DNA of 64,000 nt from a virus: the IMG/VR virus record IMGVR_UViG_3300023174_006980, positions 12,720 to 76,719 of that record, one strand, 5' to 3'. This document shows positions 47,519-55,869 of this stretch, piece after piece (the stretch's first letter is position 1; each line of letters opens with the position of its first letter). The notes beneath the pieces were generated by a model. It did no database searches. It saw nothing but the letters and a program-made list of their open reading frames with translations, and was not told the origin of the DNA. Position numbers and translations under genes: made by a program.

Positions 47519-47986
47519 ATGGCAAACACAGACAATTCATGCGCACAGTTAGAGATAGAAAATCTTTACGTTGAAAGCAAAGACACCCTAGGAGATATTT
47601 TAAATCTTCAATCAGAAACTCAAAAAAACATTTACGGTTACAATTTTGAGAACATGAGTCTCAGAGACGTAATGAACTTTTGGCATATGAATACGCATGC
47701 CTTAATTGATGAGGTTCACGAGGCAACAGATGCTCTTGGAGGAATTAAAGACGGAAAGGGAAACGCTATTTGGAAAAGGTGGAAATCATCCTATGAATCA
47801 TATTCGGAGAAGAAATTCTCAGATTTATCTGAATCTGACCAATTAGAATGTAAATTTGAAATCGTGGATATGCTTCACTTTTTTATGAACTATGCAGCTT
47901 CTATAGGGATGACACCTCAGGAAATGTATAACATGTATATGAGTAAAAATAAGGAGAATAGAAACAGACAAAAAAACGGATATTAA
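47519..47986 (+). CDS. Dimeric dUTPase / dCTP pyrophosphatase (T4 gp56-like)
   Basis: DEVHEA, WKRWK, KFEIVDMLHF, YMSKNKENRNRQKNGY. Confidence 0.85.
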   Translation: MANTDNSCAQLEIENLYVESKDTLGDILNLQSETQKNIYGYNFENMSLRDVMNFWHMNTHALIDEVHEATDALGGIKDGKGNAIWKRWKSSYESYSEKKFSDLSESDQLECKFEIVDMLHFFMNYAASIGMTPQEMYNMYMSKNKENRNRQKNGY

Positions 47987-48006
47987 GGATTTAATACTTT
48001 TTATAT

Positions 48007-48034
48007 AGGGGAAGATTTTATCTTCCCCTTTTTT
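48007..48034 (+). terminator. Rho-independent terminator
   Basis: AGGGGAAGAT-ttt-ATCTTCCCCT followed by T tract. Confidence 0.85.
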
Positions 48035-48068
48035 AGTGGTCCTATAATTCTTTAACCATTTGTCTGAT

Positions 48069-48076
48069 GATATATA
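48069..48076 (+). promoter_or_regulatory. GATATATA putative late promoter (fibre operon)
   Basis: atGATATATAtaaa, 23 nt upstream of TTG 48100. Confidence 0.65.
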
Positions 48077-48099
48077 TAAAAAGAATAAAAAAATAAGCA

Positions 48100-49317
48100 T
48101 TGGCACAGAAAAATAGAACGGATCTCAAGACAAGATTTGAAACCGGTGATATCCCAACACAGCAAGATTTTTATGATCTTATAGATAGTTCATATAATAA
48201 ATTGGAAGATTTTAGTACAGGTGCAACAGGTGCCCAGGGTGCTTCCGGTGTTCCTGGTCCAACCGGACTTGCAGGGACCGGAGGTATTGCAGGAATTGAT
48301 GGATCAAATTCTTCTAGATGGACTAGAGGATCAGGAACAGCAAATTTAACAAGTCAGGTTGCAGCAGCAGGTAAGTTTGAATATAGAAGCATAATCGCTT
48401 TTTATGTAAATCTTACCCAAATACAATTCCATTTTACAGATTACTATGGCAATGATATGAGTATTTGGCTAGGCAGAATAGATGCAGCATTAGCAGCAGG
48501 TAATGATAATATATTACAAATAAGGGATGTTGCATCACCCACTATCTTTGGAGTATATAAAGTTACCTCATACACTGTTTATGGATCAGCTGTAACATTA
48601 GATTTAAATCCAATAGCAGGAAGCGGAACGCTATCATCATCTAGTATTTTATCTGTTAGCTGGATATTAATGGGAGGTGCATTAGGCCCACAAGGTGTTA
48701 CTGGTGCTGATGGAACTTCAGGAGGCGATGGATCTTCTGGAACATCAGGATCCTCCGGATCAACAGGAACATCAGGATCCTCTGGATCAACAGGAACATC
48801 AGGATCAACAGGAACATCAGGATCTTCAGGAACATCAGGATCAACAGGAACATCGGGATCTTCAGGAACATCTGGAGAAAACGGAACAATGGGAACATCA
48901 GGTAGTGCAGGCTCAACTGGAACTGCAGGAACATCGGGCATAAGTCCTTCCGGGTACTTAGCTTCCTATGAGGTTTTGCTTTCCTATAGTGGTGGAGTTG
49001 TTACAGGTGTCACTTCAGCAACGTCTCCTACGGGTACAAGCCTAATAGGTGCTTCTGGATGGTCTTTCTCAACAACATCTACTGGATTAACAATCACACA
49101 CCCGCTAGGTAAAAAAATAATGAACCCATATAGCTATGGCGAAAACGCAGGGAATATAGTTACCAGGGCTTTTACTGGGACCACAACAGGTAATCATTCA
49201 TGTGTACAAAACCTAGCATTTACACAGGTTGATTTTTACTCGTTAACCCCAGTAAATACCGGATGTGCATCCGCTGGAAATACTAATCTCTGGATAACAT
49301 TTCAGGTTAAAGTATAA
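48100..49317 (+). CDS. Collagen-like virion fibre protein with (GTS/GSS/GST)n tract
   Basis: N-terminal LKTRFETGDIPTQQDFYDLIDS fibre-anchor motif; short G-X-Y run; about 30 G-X-Y triplets, mostly Ser/Thr; TTG start. Confidence 0.7.
   Translation: MAQKNRTDLKTRFETGDIPTQQDFYDLIDSSYNKLEDFSTGATGAQGASGVPGPTGLAGTGGIAGIDGSNSSRWTRGSGTANLTSQVAAAGKFEYRSIIAFYVNLTQIQFHFTDYYGNDMSIWLGRIDAALAAGNDNILQIRDVASPTIFGVYKVTSYTVYGSAVTLDLNPIAGSGTLSSSSILSVSWILMGGALGPQGVTGADGTSGGDGSSGTSGSSGSTGTSGSSGSTGTSGSTGTSGSSGTSGSTGTSGSSGTSGENGTMGTSGSAGSTGTAGTSGISPSGYLASYEVLLSYSGGVVTGVTSATSPTGTSLIGASGWSFSTTSTGLTITHPLGKKIMNPYSYGENAGNIVTRAFTGTTTGNHSCVQNLAFTQVDFYSLTPVNTGCASAGNTNLWITFQVKV
48712..48940 (+). repeat. 9/18/27-bp coding tandem repeats (GGAACATCA/GGATCAACA/GGATCTTCA)
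   Basis: Directly visible; encodes GTS-GSS-GST. Confidence 0.9.
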
Positions 49318-49338
49318 TAAAATATTTTAAAAATAAGA

Positions 49339-51621
49339 ATGTCAAGTTTAATAAATTCCCCACTTACCGTTGTAGCTAAGGTCTCCTTTGGAACTACAAC
49401 AGTAAGCACAACATATAGCAATCCAGGCAATCCTCATAACGGAGCAGCACAAACATTTTTAACCACACTAAAGGTTACACCACAGCTGACATCATCATAC
49501 TCAGGATCTAATCTGATCCAATATGATGGAAGAAACTTTGCTGTGGGAATGTGGGTAGGATTTCCAGGCGGATTCACATATAGAATTAAACAAATTAATA
49601 GCGTCAATCCAACAGGTACAGTTATCACATTAATTCTTGAAGATAAGGATTTACTTAATTTAATTGTTGATAATAGTACACTGTCTAACAATCATCCTCC
49701 AGAGGAAATAAATGGTATAGTATTTAATGTGGATGATGATGGCATGCCTATATTATATCCATTGGACTCTCAAAGAGGATCCCTGAATTCATCCGCTCCT
49801 ACATATTGGATATTTGATATTGAAAATAGATTTAGGTTAAGAAATTACTTTACAAATTTTTTCCAGATAGATCCTAATTATGCATCTTATGCGGGCATTA
49901 ACATAGGAGATTTTGTATACTTAAATGGATCTGGGTTATTTATAAAATCATCATCATCATCAAATGATGAAATAAAAAGCGTTTTTGGTATAGTTACTGC
50001 TAGTGATACACCATCTACAGGAAACCTTAATGTTAGACCGCTCGGAAGAATAATTACTAACCTTCCAACTCTTCCTGGAAGTGTTGGTCAGGTTTTATAT
50101 TTTGATTCCACACAGGCATCTAATTTAAACCCAATACCCCCTTCTGGAGTTAATCTATTTCCAGTTTATATAAAAATAAATAATACTACTGGTCTTTTAT
50201 TAAGTAGAAGCGGGGGTGATGGATCCATAGGACCACAAGGATTTTCAGGAGATTCTGGTACTTCAGGTTCGTCAGGATCAAATGGTACATCAGGATCTTC
50301 AGGTATAGATGGATCCTCAGGCACATCAGGAACAGGATCACCTGGTACATCTGGATCCTCTGGCACATCAGGAACAGGATCACCTGGTACATCTGGATCC
50401 TCTGGCACATCAGGAACAGGATCCCCCGGAACATCTGGGTCATCAGGCTCATCTGGAGCCGGGTCATCCGGCACAAGTGGATCGTCCCCGAGCAGTGTTT
50501 TTTCAAGCGATATTACAGTTTCACTTTCAGGAGGTAAAACTTTGGGTAGATATACTACGGGCCAATCTATTCCGTCAAACGGAAAAACCCCTCAAGAGGT
50601 AATTACACTCCTTGCACAAGAGGCACTTGCTCCCACGGTCTCTTTGACATCTTCTACCACTATAGCTTTCAACCAAACAGCTATATCTAATGCTCTTAGT
50701 TTTAGCTATACTATCAATTCTTTGGGAGCAACTGTATCTACGGCCTCTTTAGAATGGAGAAGAAATGGTACAGGAGCATGGACAGTTCTATCATCAGGCA
50801 CAACAACGCCTGCTACATTTACCCACACTCTTACTGATTCTGCATTCAACACTCAGGCTTTTAATTATAGATACATAGTTACAGATTCTGCAGGAGGGAC
50901 AAATACTGCCACATTCAATATAACCCCCGCAGCTTATGCTGCTCCAACTATTACTTTTACAGCACCTGCTACAGCTGGACTTACCTCCCCTGAAAGTGGT
51001 AATTCTACCTCACAAAAAAGAGAATTGGGAAAAACAGCATCTACATTGCAGGGATCATGGTCAAGAAATAGCGCTAATGTTCCAGTTTCTTCTTACATAT
51101 ATTCAGTTTCAATAAACGGAGGTGGATATACAAATATAGGAACTTCATACAGTATATCAGGATCATCTGGTACACTTGCAACTGTTTCAGATACACCAGC
51201 AACATCCACAACCACTAGCATAACATACAGGATTGTTCTTACAGACTCATATACAACTACTACAAAATACTATGATGTAACTTTAGTTTCAATGATGTTC
51301 TATGGTGATATTGATGTGGCAACAACAGTGAATTCCGCAGCAATTAGAGCTCTTCCTTCTAGGAAATTTCCGGATGATGGTGTAGATCCTTTTACATTTT
51401 CTAGTGGAACAACAAACAGAAGATGGATTGTTGCTATGATCAACACATATTCTTTAAGCGCTGCACAGGACATAACACAGAATGTTAATTTAACATCTAA
51501 TTTTGGTGCTAGCAGCGTGAGTGTTAATGATGCTGCAGGAAATGCTAAAACATATAATGTGTACACATATACAAATGCAATACCATATAACCCTGCAATA
51601 ACAATACAAATAACTTACTAA
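49339..51621 (+). CDS. Collagen-like virion protein with (GTS/GSS)n tract and C-terminal Thr/Ser-rich beta-sandwich domains
   Basis: 760 aa; GDFVY...FGIV...G beta-clip-like segment, G-X-Y tract, Ig/FN3-like C-terminus. Confidence 0.65.
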   Translation: MSSLINSPLTVVAKVSFGTTTVSTTYSNPGNPHNGAAQTFLTTLKVTPQLTSSYSGSNLIQYDGRNFAVGMWVGFPGGFTYRIKQINSVNPTGTVITLILEDKDLLNLIVDNSTLSNNHPPEEINGIVFNVDDDGMPILYPLDSQRGSLNSSAPTYWIFDIENRFRLRNYFTNFFQIDPNYASYAGINIGDFVYLNGSGLFIKSSSSSNDEIKSVFGIVTASDTPSTGNLNVRPLGRIITNLPTLPGSVGQVLYFDSTQASNLNPIPPSGVNLFPVYIKINNTTGLLLSRSGGDGSIGPQGFSGDSGTSGSSGSNGTSGSSGIDGSSGTSGTGSPGTSGSSGTSGTGSPGTSGSSGTSGTGSPGTSGSSGSSGAGSSGTSGSSPSSVFSSDITVSLSGGKTLGRYTTGQSIPSNGKTPQEVITLLAQEALAPTVSLTSSTTIAFNQTAISNALSFSYTINSLGATVSTASLEWRRNGTGAWTVLSSGTTTPATFTHTLTDSAFNTQAFNYRYIVTDSAGGTNTATFNITPAAYAAPTITFTAPATAGLTSPESGNSTSQKRELGKTASTLQGSWSRNSANVPVSSYIYSVSINGGGYTNIGTSYSISGSSGTLATVSDTPATSTTTSITYRIVLTDSYTTTTKYYDVTLVSMMFYGDIDVATTVNSAAIRALPSRKFPDDGVDPFTFSSGTTNRRWIVAMINTYSLSAAQDITQNVNLTSNFGASSVSVNDAAGNAKTYNVYTYTNAIPYNPAITIQITY
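50224..50490 (+). repeat. Coding tandem repeats including a 42-bp unit (GSSGTSGTGSPGTS) about x3
   Basis: ggatcctc(a/t)ggcacatcaggaacaggatc(a/c)cc... recurs at 50311, 50353 and 50395. Confidence 0.9.
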
Positions 51622-51622
51622 T

Positions 51623-51845
51623 ATGGCGTTTCAACTACCAGGAACAGTACAAACAAATAATCCAGTCCTTCTTCACGAGTGGGCTGGTCCTTTTTCTGGT
51701 GCTGATGAGACTGCAGCATTAGTAGCTGCTAATGACTATATCCCTTATGGTGTCAGACTTGTTGGACTGGAGGTCACCCTTATTATTGGCGGTGTTCCTT
51801 TTAAATATTGGTATGGAGCAGGTACAGCAGATGCGGATCTAGTTC
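51623..51845 (+). repeat. Dispersed direct repeat, copy 1 (5' end of paralogs)
   Basis: About 64 nt identical core taccaggaacag...tttttctgg shared with 53870 and 54816; high similarity over about 220 nt. Confidence 0.9.
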
Positions 51846-53854
51846 CTATGATTCCTGAAGTCCCGCTTGAGGTAAAAGACGAAGGAACAGTTATAGATAG
51901 TTCAGTTGTAAATCTAGACTTTAAAGGGAGCAGCGTTAGAGCATCCGGTGTATCATCAAGGACTGTTCAGGTATCAATTCCTGATTGCACTAGCACAGTT
52001 AAGGTAGGAGCAGTCTCTGGATATTTTACATCAACAAATGCGAGCCTACCATCTTCCTTAGATAGCTTACACATAGGTGATAGATTTTTGGGATGGTCTA
52101 AGGGAACATACAATGCAGACTGCAATTCTGATTCATTCGGAAACATTATTAGTATTGCTAGCGAATATAGAAATTGCTCAATACCCTTGCCGATTGATTT
52201 ATCTTCAGGAGATGTTGTGAAAATATGCGGTAATGTAATACTTGATGATAGTGATCTTGATCCTTTTACGGGATTTCCTAGAGATTGGAATTTTTATTGC
52301 AGCGTCTCAGCAATAGATTGTGGAACTTTTAAATCCGATGGTGTTACTACATCAGCATCCACAATTATACCCACAATAACTAGTCCCATCCAGGATGGTG
52401 GAGAAAATACTTATTACGCATGTTTTAGTGGAAGTTCCACAATAAGCACTGCACTTAGTGCAGCATCTACATCCTTTGTGGTTGGAATGAATGCTGGATA
52501 TCTTTATGCCGAGCAAACAACCGAATATCGATTTACATATTCACTAGATGTAATTAAATACTGTTCCAATGCTAAGGATAATATAGTTATACGTAATTGC
52601 TGTGAACCCCTTTACACTGAGATTATTGCGGGTAATGCTGCGGATGTTGGTGAATCTTTTGTTGATACTGATGGAAATTGCTGGAGTGTTATTTCAACAA
52701 CCCTTGACCCTGTTACATCTATCAGAACCCTACAAACAGTATATTCAAGCTGCTCGTTATGTATAGCTAATAATCCTTGCCCATTAAATTATGTTGTGGA
52801 TGCATGCTGTCTTCCTGGACAGCAATATTTTTCAGCATCTATACCTGGAATATCTGTTGGCGATTCATTTGTCGATAATAATGGATTTTGCTGGAGCGTA
52901 TCAGGTACAACACCACTTCCAAGCACATATGCTGTTAGTGCAGTTACAGTTTATCCGAGCGATGTATGTACAACATGTCAGGAAGATAATCCATGTCCTA
53001 CGCTTGCGTTTTTAACATCTTGCTGTGATCTTGGAATTGGTGTCAGCACATTAGATTTAATAGGAGGGGGTATTGCTGATGGTGATAGTTTTGTGGATCA
53101 GTTTGGATTCTGTTGGAGTGTTACTACAATAGGAAGTATGAACGCTGGTGATTATGTAAGCCTAAGTTTTATCCATGCAGTAACAGTTTACGCATCATCT
53201 TCATGTATAACATGTTTAGGATCAAATACATGTCCAACAAACACCCTGTATTACACAATACAAAACTGTTGTGACGAATCTGTAGAAATTGCTTTATTGG
53301 ATCCGACATATAGTGTTAATCTGGTTATTTTCTTAGAATCTGCCCAAAAAGCAGGATGTTATAGGATAATAAGCTGGAGCAATACTGGAACTGCAACAAT
53401 AACAGATGTAAATGTTCTTTCAACATATGCATCTGATGGAAAAACAAAAGCATGTACAGCATGTCTAAATGTTCATCCATATTGTACAGGAAAAGCTCAG
53501 AACTGTACAAATTATAGATCTGATAAAAATGATGCACTAATGACAGGATATGGATGTGATGGCACATGGTATTATAATGAGCCTTTTGCATATAATAGTA
53601 CAATCTGTATGGCCTGGGTTTCATCATCTGTTACCGAATTTACTGTCATTGATAATAATTGTTGCTTTGAGATCTTTAATCCAAATATAGATCCTGTCAA
53701 TGTTAGCTACAATAGGTGTGATGATGGTAACATAATCAACGAATCAATCGCATCTGGAGATAAAAGCACAAATTGTGCTAGAGAATTAATTAGCTCAGAT
53801 CTGCCAGTATCAATAGTTTCCGTAGGAGATCCATTGTGCCCAGATCCTAGATAA
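51623..53854 (+). CDS. Paralog 1 of tandem virion-protein family, with C-terminal Cys-rich repeats
   Basis: MAFQLPGTVQTNNPVLLHEWAGPFSG N-terminus; four CC...CW/CY...CxxC...C repeats. Confidence 0.65.
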   Translation: MAFQLPGTVQTNNPVLLHEWAGPFSGADETAALVAANDYIPYGVRLVGLEVTLIIGGVPFKYWYGAGTADADLVPMIPEVPLEVKDEGTVIDSSVVNLDFKGSSVRASGVSSRTVQVSIPDCTSTVKVGAVSGYFTSTNASLPSSLDSLHIGDRFLGWSKGTYNADCNSDSFGNIISIASEYRNCSIPLPIDLSSGDVVKICGNVILDDSDLDPFTGFPRDWNFYCSVSAIDCGTFKSDGVTTSASTIIPTITSPIQDGGENTYYACFSGSSTISTALSAASTSFVVGMNAGYLYAEQTTEYRFTYSLDVIKYCSNAKDNIVIRNCCEPLYTEIIAGNAADVGESFVDTDGNCWSVISTTLDPVTSIRTLQTVYSSCSLCIANNPCPLNYVVDACCLPGQQYFSASIPGISVGDSFVDNNGFCWSVSGTTPLPSTYAVSAVTVYPSDVCTTCQEDNPCPTLAFLTSCCDLGIGVSTLDLIGGGIADGDSFVDQFGFCWSVTTIGSMNAGDYVSLSFIHAVTVYASSSCITCLGSNTCPTNTLYYTIQNCCDESVEIALLDPTYSVNLVIFLESAQKAGCYRIISWSNTGTATITDVNVLSTYASDGKTKACTACLNVHPYCTGKAQNCTNYRSDKNDALMTGYGCDGTWYYNEPFAYNSTICMAWVSSSVTEFTVIDNNCCFEIFNPNIDPVNVSYNRCDDGNIINESIASGDKSTNCARELISSDLPVSIVSVGDPLCPDPR

Positions 53855-53869
53855 GAATAAATAGTTAAT

Positions 53870-54092
53870 ATGTCATTTCAATTACCAGGAACAGTACAAA
53901 CAAATAATCCAGTCCTTCTTCACGAGTGGGCTGGTCCTTTTTCTGGGGCTAACGAGACTGCAGCTATAGCAGCTGCTAATGCCTATATCCCTTCTGGTGT
54001 CAGACTTGTTGGACTGGAGGTCACCCTTATTATTGGCGGTGTTCCTAAAAAATATTGGTACGGAACAGGTACAGCAAATGGAGATCTAGTTT
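53870..54092 (+). repeat. Dispersed direct repeat, copy 2
   Basis: See copy 1. Confidence 0.9.
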
Positions 54093-54787
54093 CAGTAACA
54101 CCTAGAGCATCCCTTACCGTAAGGGATGAGGGCACTGTTTTATATTCACCAGCAACCACATTAAATTTTGTAGGTGGAGGTGCTACAGCATCCAGTATTA
54201 CTAGCGGAAATGTATCAGTAAATGTTCGTGCATGTCCCACTATAACTAAGGTTGCATCTATGTCAGGATCCTTTGTAACTAATGGGAGTAGCTACCCTCT
54301 GAATATAGGGTCAATGCTTATAGGAAATAATGGATTAGGATGGTCATATGGAACTTATAATTTGAGTTGTAATTCTGATTCATCTGGAAATATTCTCTCT
54401 ATAAATGCAAATCAAAGATATTGCGCCATTCCGATTCCTATGAATTTAAATGCAGGAGATGTAATAAATATACATGGAAATGTATTTGGTAAGATCACAA
54501 CCAATCCCCCATCGCCATGGAATTTTTTTCTTAGTGTCTCAACAGTAGATTGCAGCACGCTAGAAACAGGGGTTGTTCCTGCATCCTCACTTATACCAAC
54601 GGTAACTATTCCATTTGATGTCAATACTGGTAATAGCTATTTGTGTTTTAATGAAAGTGTGGTATTAACATCTCCCATAAATTCATGTAACACTTATATT
54701 TTAGTTGGAATGCAGGGAGGGAGTAACGCTAGTGATGTATCATCAGCGGTATATCTCTTTACGTATTCCATTAATATTATCAGATAA
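53870..54787 (+). CDS. Paralog 2 of tandem virion-protein family
   Basis: 305 aa, colinear with the first about 315 aa of paralog 1. Confidence 0.65.
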   Translation: MSFQLPGTVQTNNPVLLHEWAGPFSGANETAAIAAANAYIPSGVRLVGLEVTLIIGGVPKKYWYGTGTANGDLVSVTPRASLTVRDEGTVLYSPATTLNFVGGGATASSITSGNVSVNVRACPTITKVASMSGSFVTNGSSYPLNIGSMLIGNNGLGWSYGTYNLSCNSDSSGNILSINANQRYCAIPIPMNLNAGDVINIHGNVFGKITTNPPSPWNFFLSVSTVDCSTLETGVVPASSLIPTVTIPFDVNTGNSYLCFNESVVLTSPINSCNTYILVGMQGGSNASDVSSAVYLFTYSINIIR

Positions 54788-54815
54788 TTTATCAAATTAA
54801 GAATAAATAATTAAT

Positions 54816-55038
54816 ATGTCATTTCAATTACCAGGAACAGTACAAACAAATAATCCAGTCCTTCTTCACGAGTGGGCTGGTCCTTTTTCTGGTGCTGATG
54901 AGACTGCAGCTTTAGGTGTTGCTAATGCTTATATTCCTCCAGGAGTGAGACTTAAAGGATTAGAGGTGACCCTTATTATTGGCGGTGTTCCTGCCAAGTA
55001 TTGGTACAGAACAGGCACAGCAGATGGTGATCTAGTTC
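54816..55038 (+). repeat. Dispersed direct repeat, copy 3
   Basis: See copy 1; upstream aagaataaata(g/a)ttaat also shared with copy 2. Confidence 0.9.
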
Positions 55039-55760
55039 CTTTGGTTTTTGACGGTGCTCTTTCTATAAAAGACGAGGGAACAGTTATAGATAGTTCAACA
55101 AGCATTTTAAATTTTACTGGGGGAAGGATTATAGCAACAAGTCCCAGCGCGGGAAGTGTGAGCATAGAGGTAGGGGATTGCAATAATGTTATTAAAATAT
55201 CAGAGATGTCTGGATATTTTATTTCAGCAGGAGATAGCACTGATAGAAATCATATAGCCCCTCTATTTATAGGAAATAGTAATTTAGGATGGTCTAACGG
55301 AGAGTATAATTCACAGTGCAGTTCCAACTCATCAGGTACAATTATATCTATAGAAAATTTAGTAAGATTTTGTGCAATACCGCTGCCTTCTAATTTATCA
55401 ACCGGTGACGTTGTAAAAATATGTGGCAAGGCTTTCTACGATGCGCAAGCTGTGATAGAAACCCTCCCTCAGGATTGGAATTTCTATTGTAGTGTTGCAA
55501 AAATAGATTGTGGAAAGTTTTCAACATCTAAGACTACTGAGGTTAACCCATTTATTCCAGCAATATACACTCCTTTTGCTTATGATGGGGGTACCATGTA
55601 TTATACATGTTTTAGTGGGAGTGTGACACTAGATGAATCTTTAACCGCATGTGATACATCATTTTTAATTGGGATGCAGGCTGGTAGTAAGGATGGAAGT
55701 GCTGGAAGATATTATTTTACATATTCCCTTGACATAATAAAATCTCCTACGAATTTTTAA
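54816..55760 (+). CDS. Paralog 3 of tandem virion-protein family
   Basis: 314 aa, colinear with paralogs 1 and 2. Confidence 0.65.
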   Translation: MSFQLPGTVQTNNPVLLHEWAGPFSGADETAALGVANAYIPPGVRLKGLEVTLIIGGVPAKYWYRTGTADGDLVPLVFDGALSIKDEGTVIDSSTSILNFTGGRIIATSPSAGSVSIEVGDCNNVIKISEMSGYFISAGDSTDRNHIAPLFIGNSNLGWSNGEYNSQCSSNSSGTIISIENLVRFCAIPLPSNLSTGDVVKICGKAFYDAQAVIETLPQDWNFYCSVAKIDCGKFSTSKTTEVNPFIPAIYTPFAYDGGTMYYTCFSGSVTLDESLTACDTSFLIGMQAGSKDGSAGRYYFTYSLDIIKSPTNF

Positions 55761-55869
55761 TAACTCAGTTTTAATTACAGATTATAGTGTGATTAATATA
55801 TTCTAATTTTTTCTTTTATTTGTAACATTTACCTCCTTTTAATCTATAATTTTTATAAAAATAAAAGTT

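Noticed and set aside
48579-50602. Alternative-frame and antisense ORFs with PDVPEDP/EHQD/LMFL repeats
   Set aside because: Shadows of the G-T-S tandem repeats; no promoter or start context.
51623-55038. Repeated 5' ends as a CRISPR array, DGR template/variable repeats or shufflon
   Set aside because: Repeats are in-frame gene starts about 1-2 kb apart. Differences are not adenine-specific, and no RT, cas or invertase gene or inverted crossover site is present in the window.
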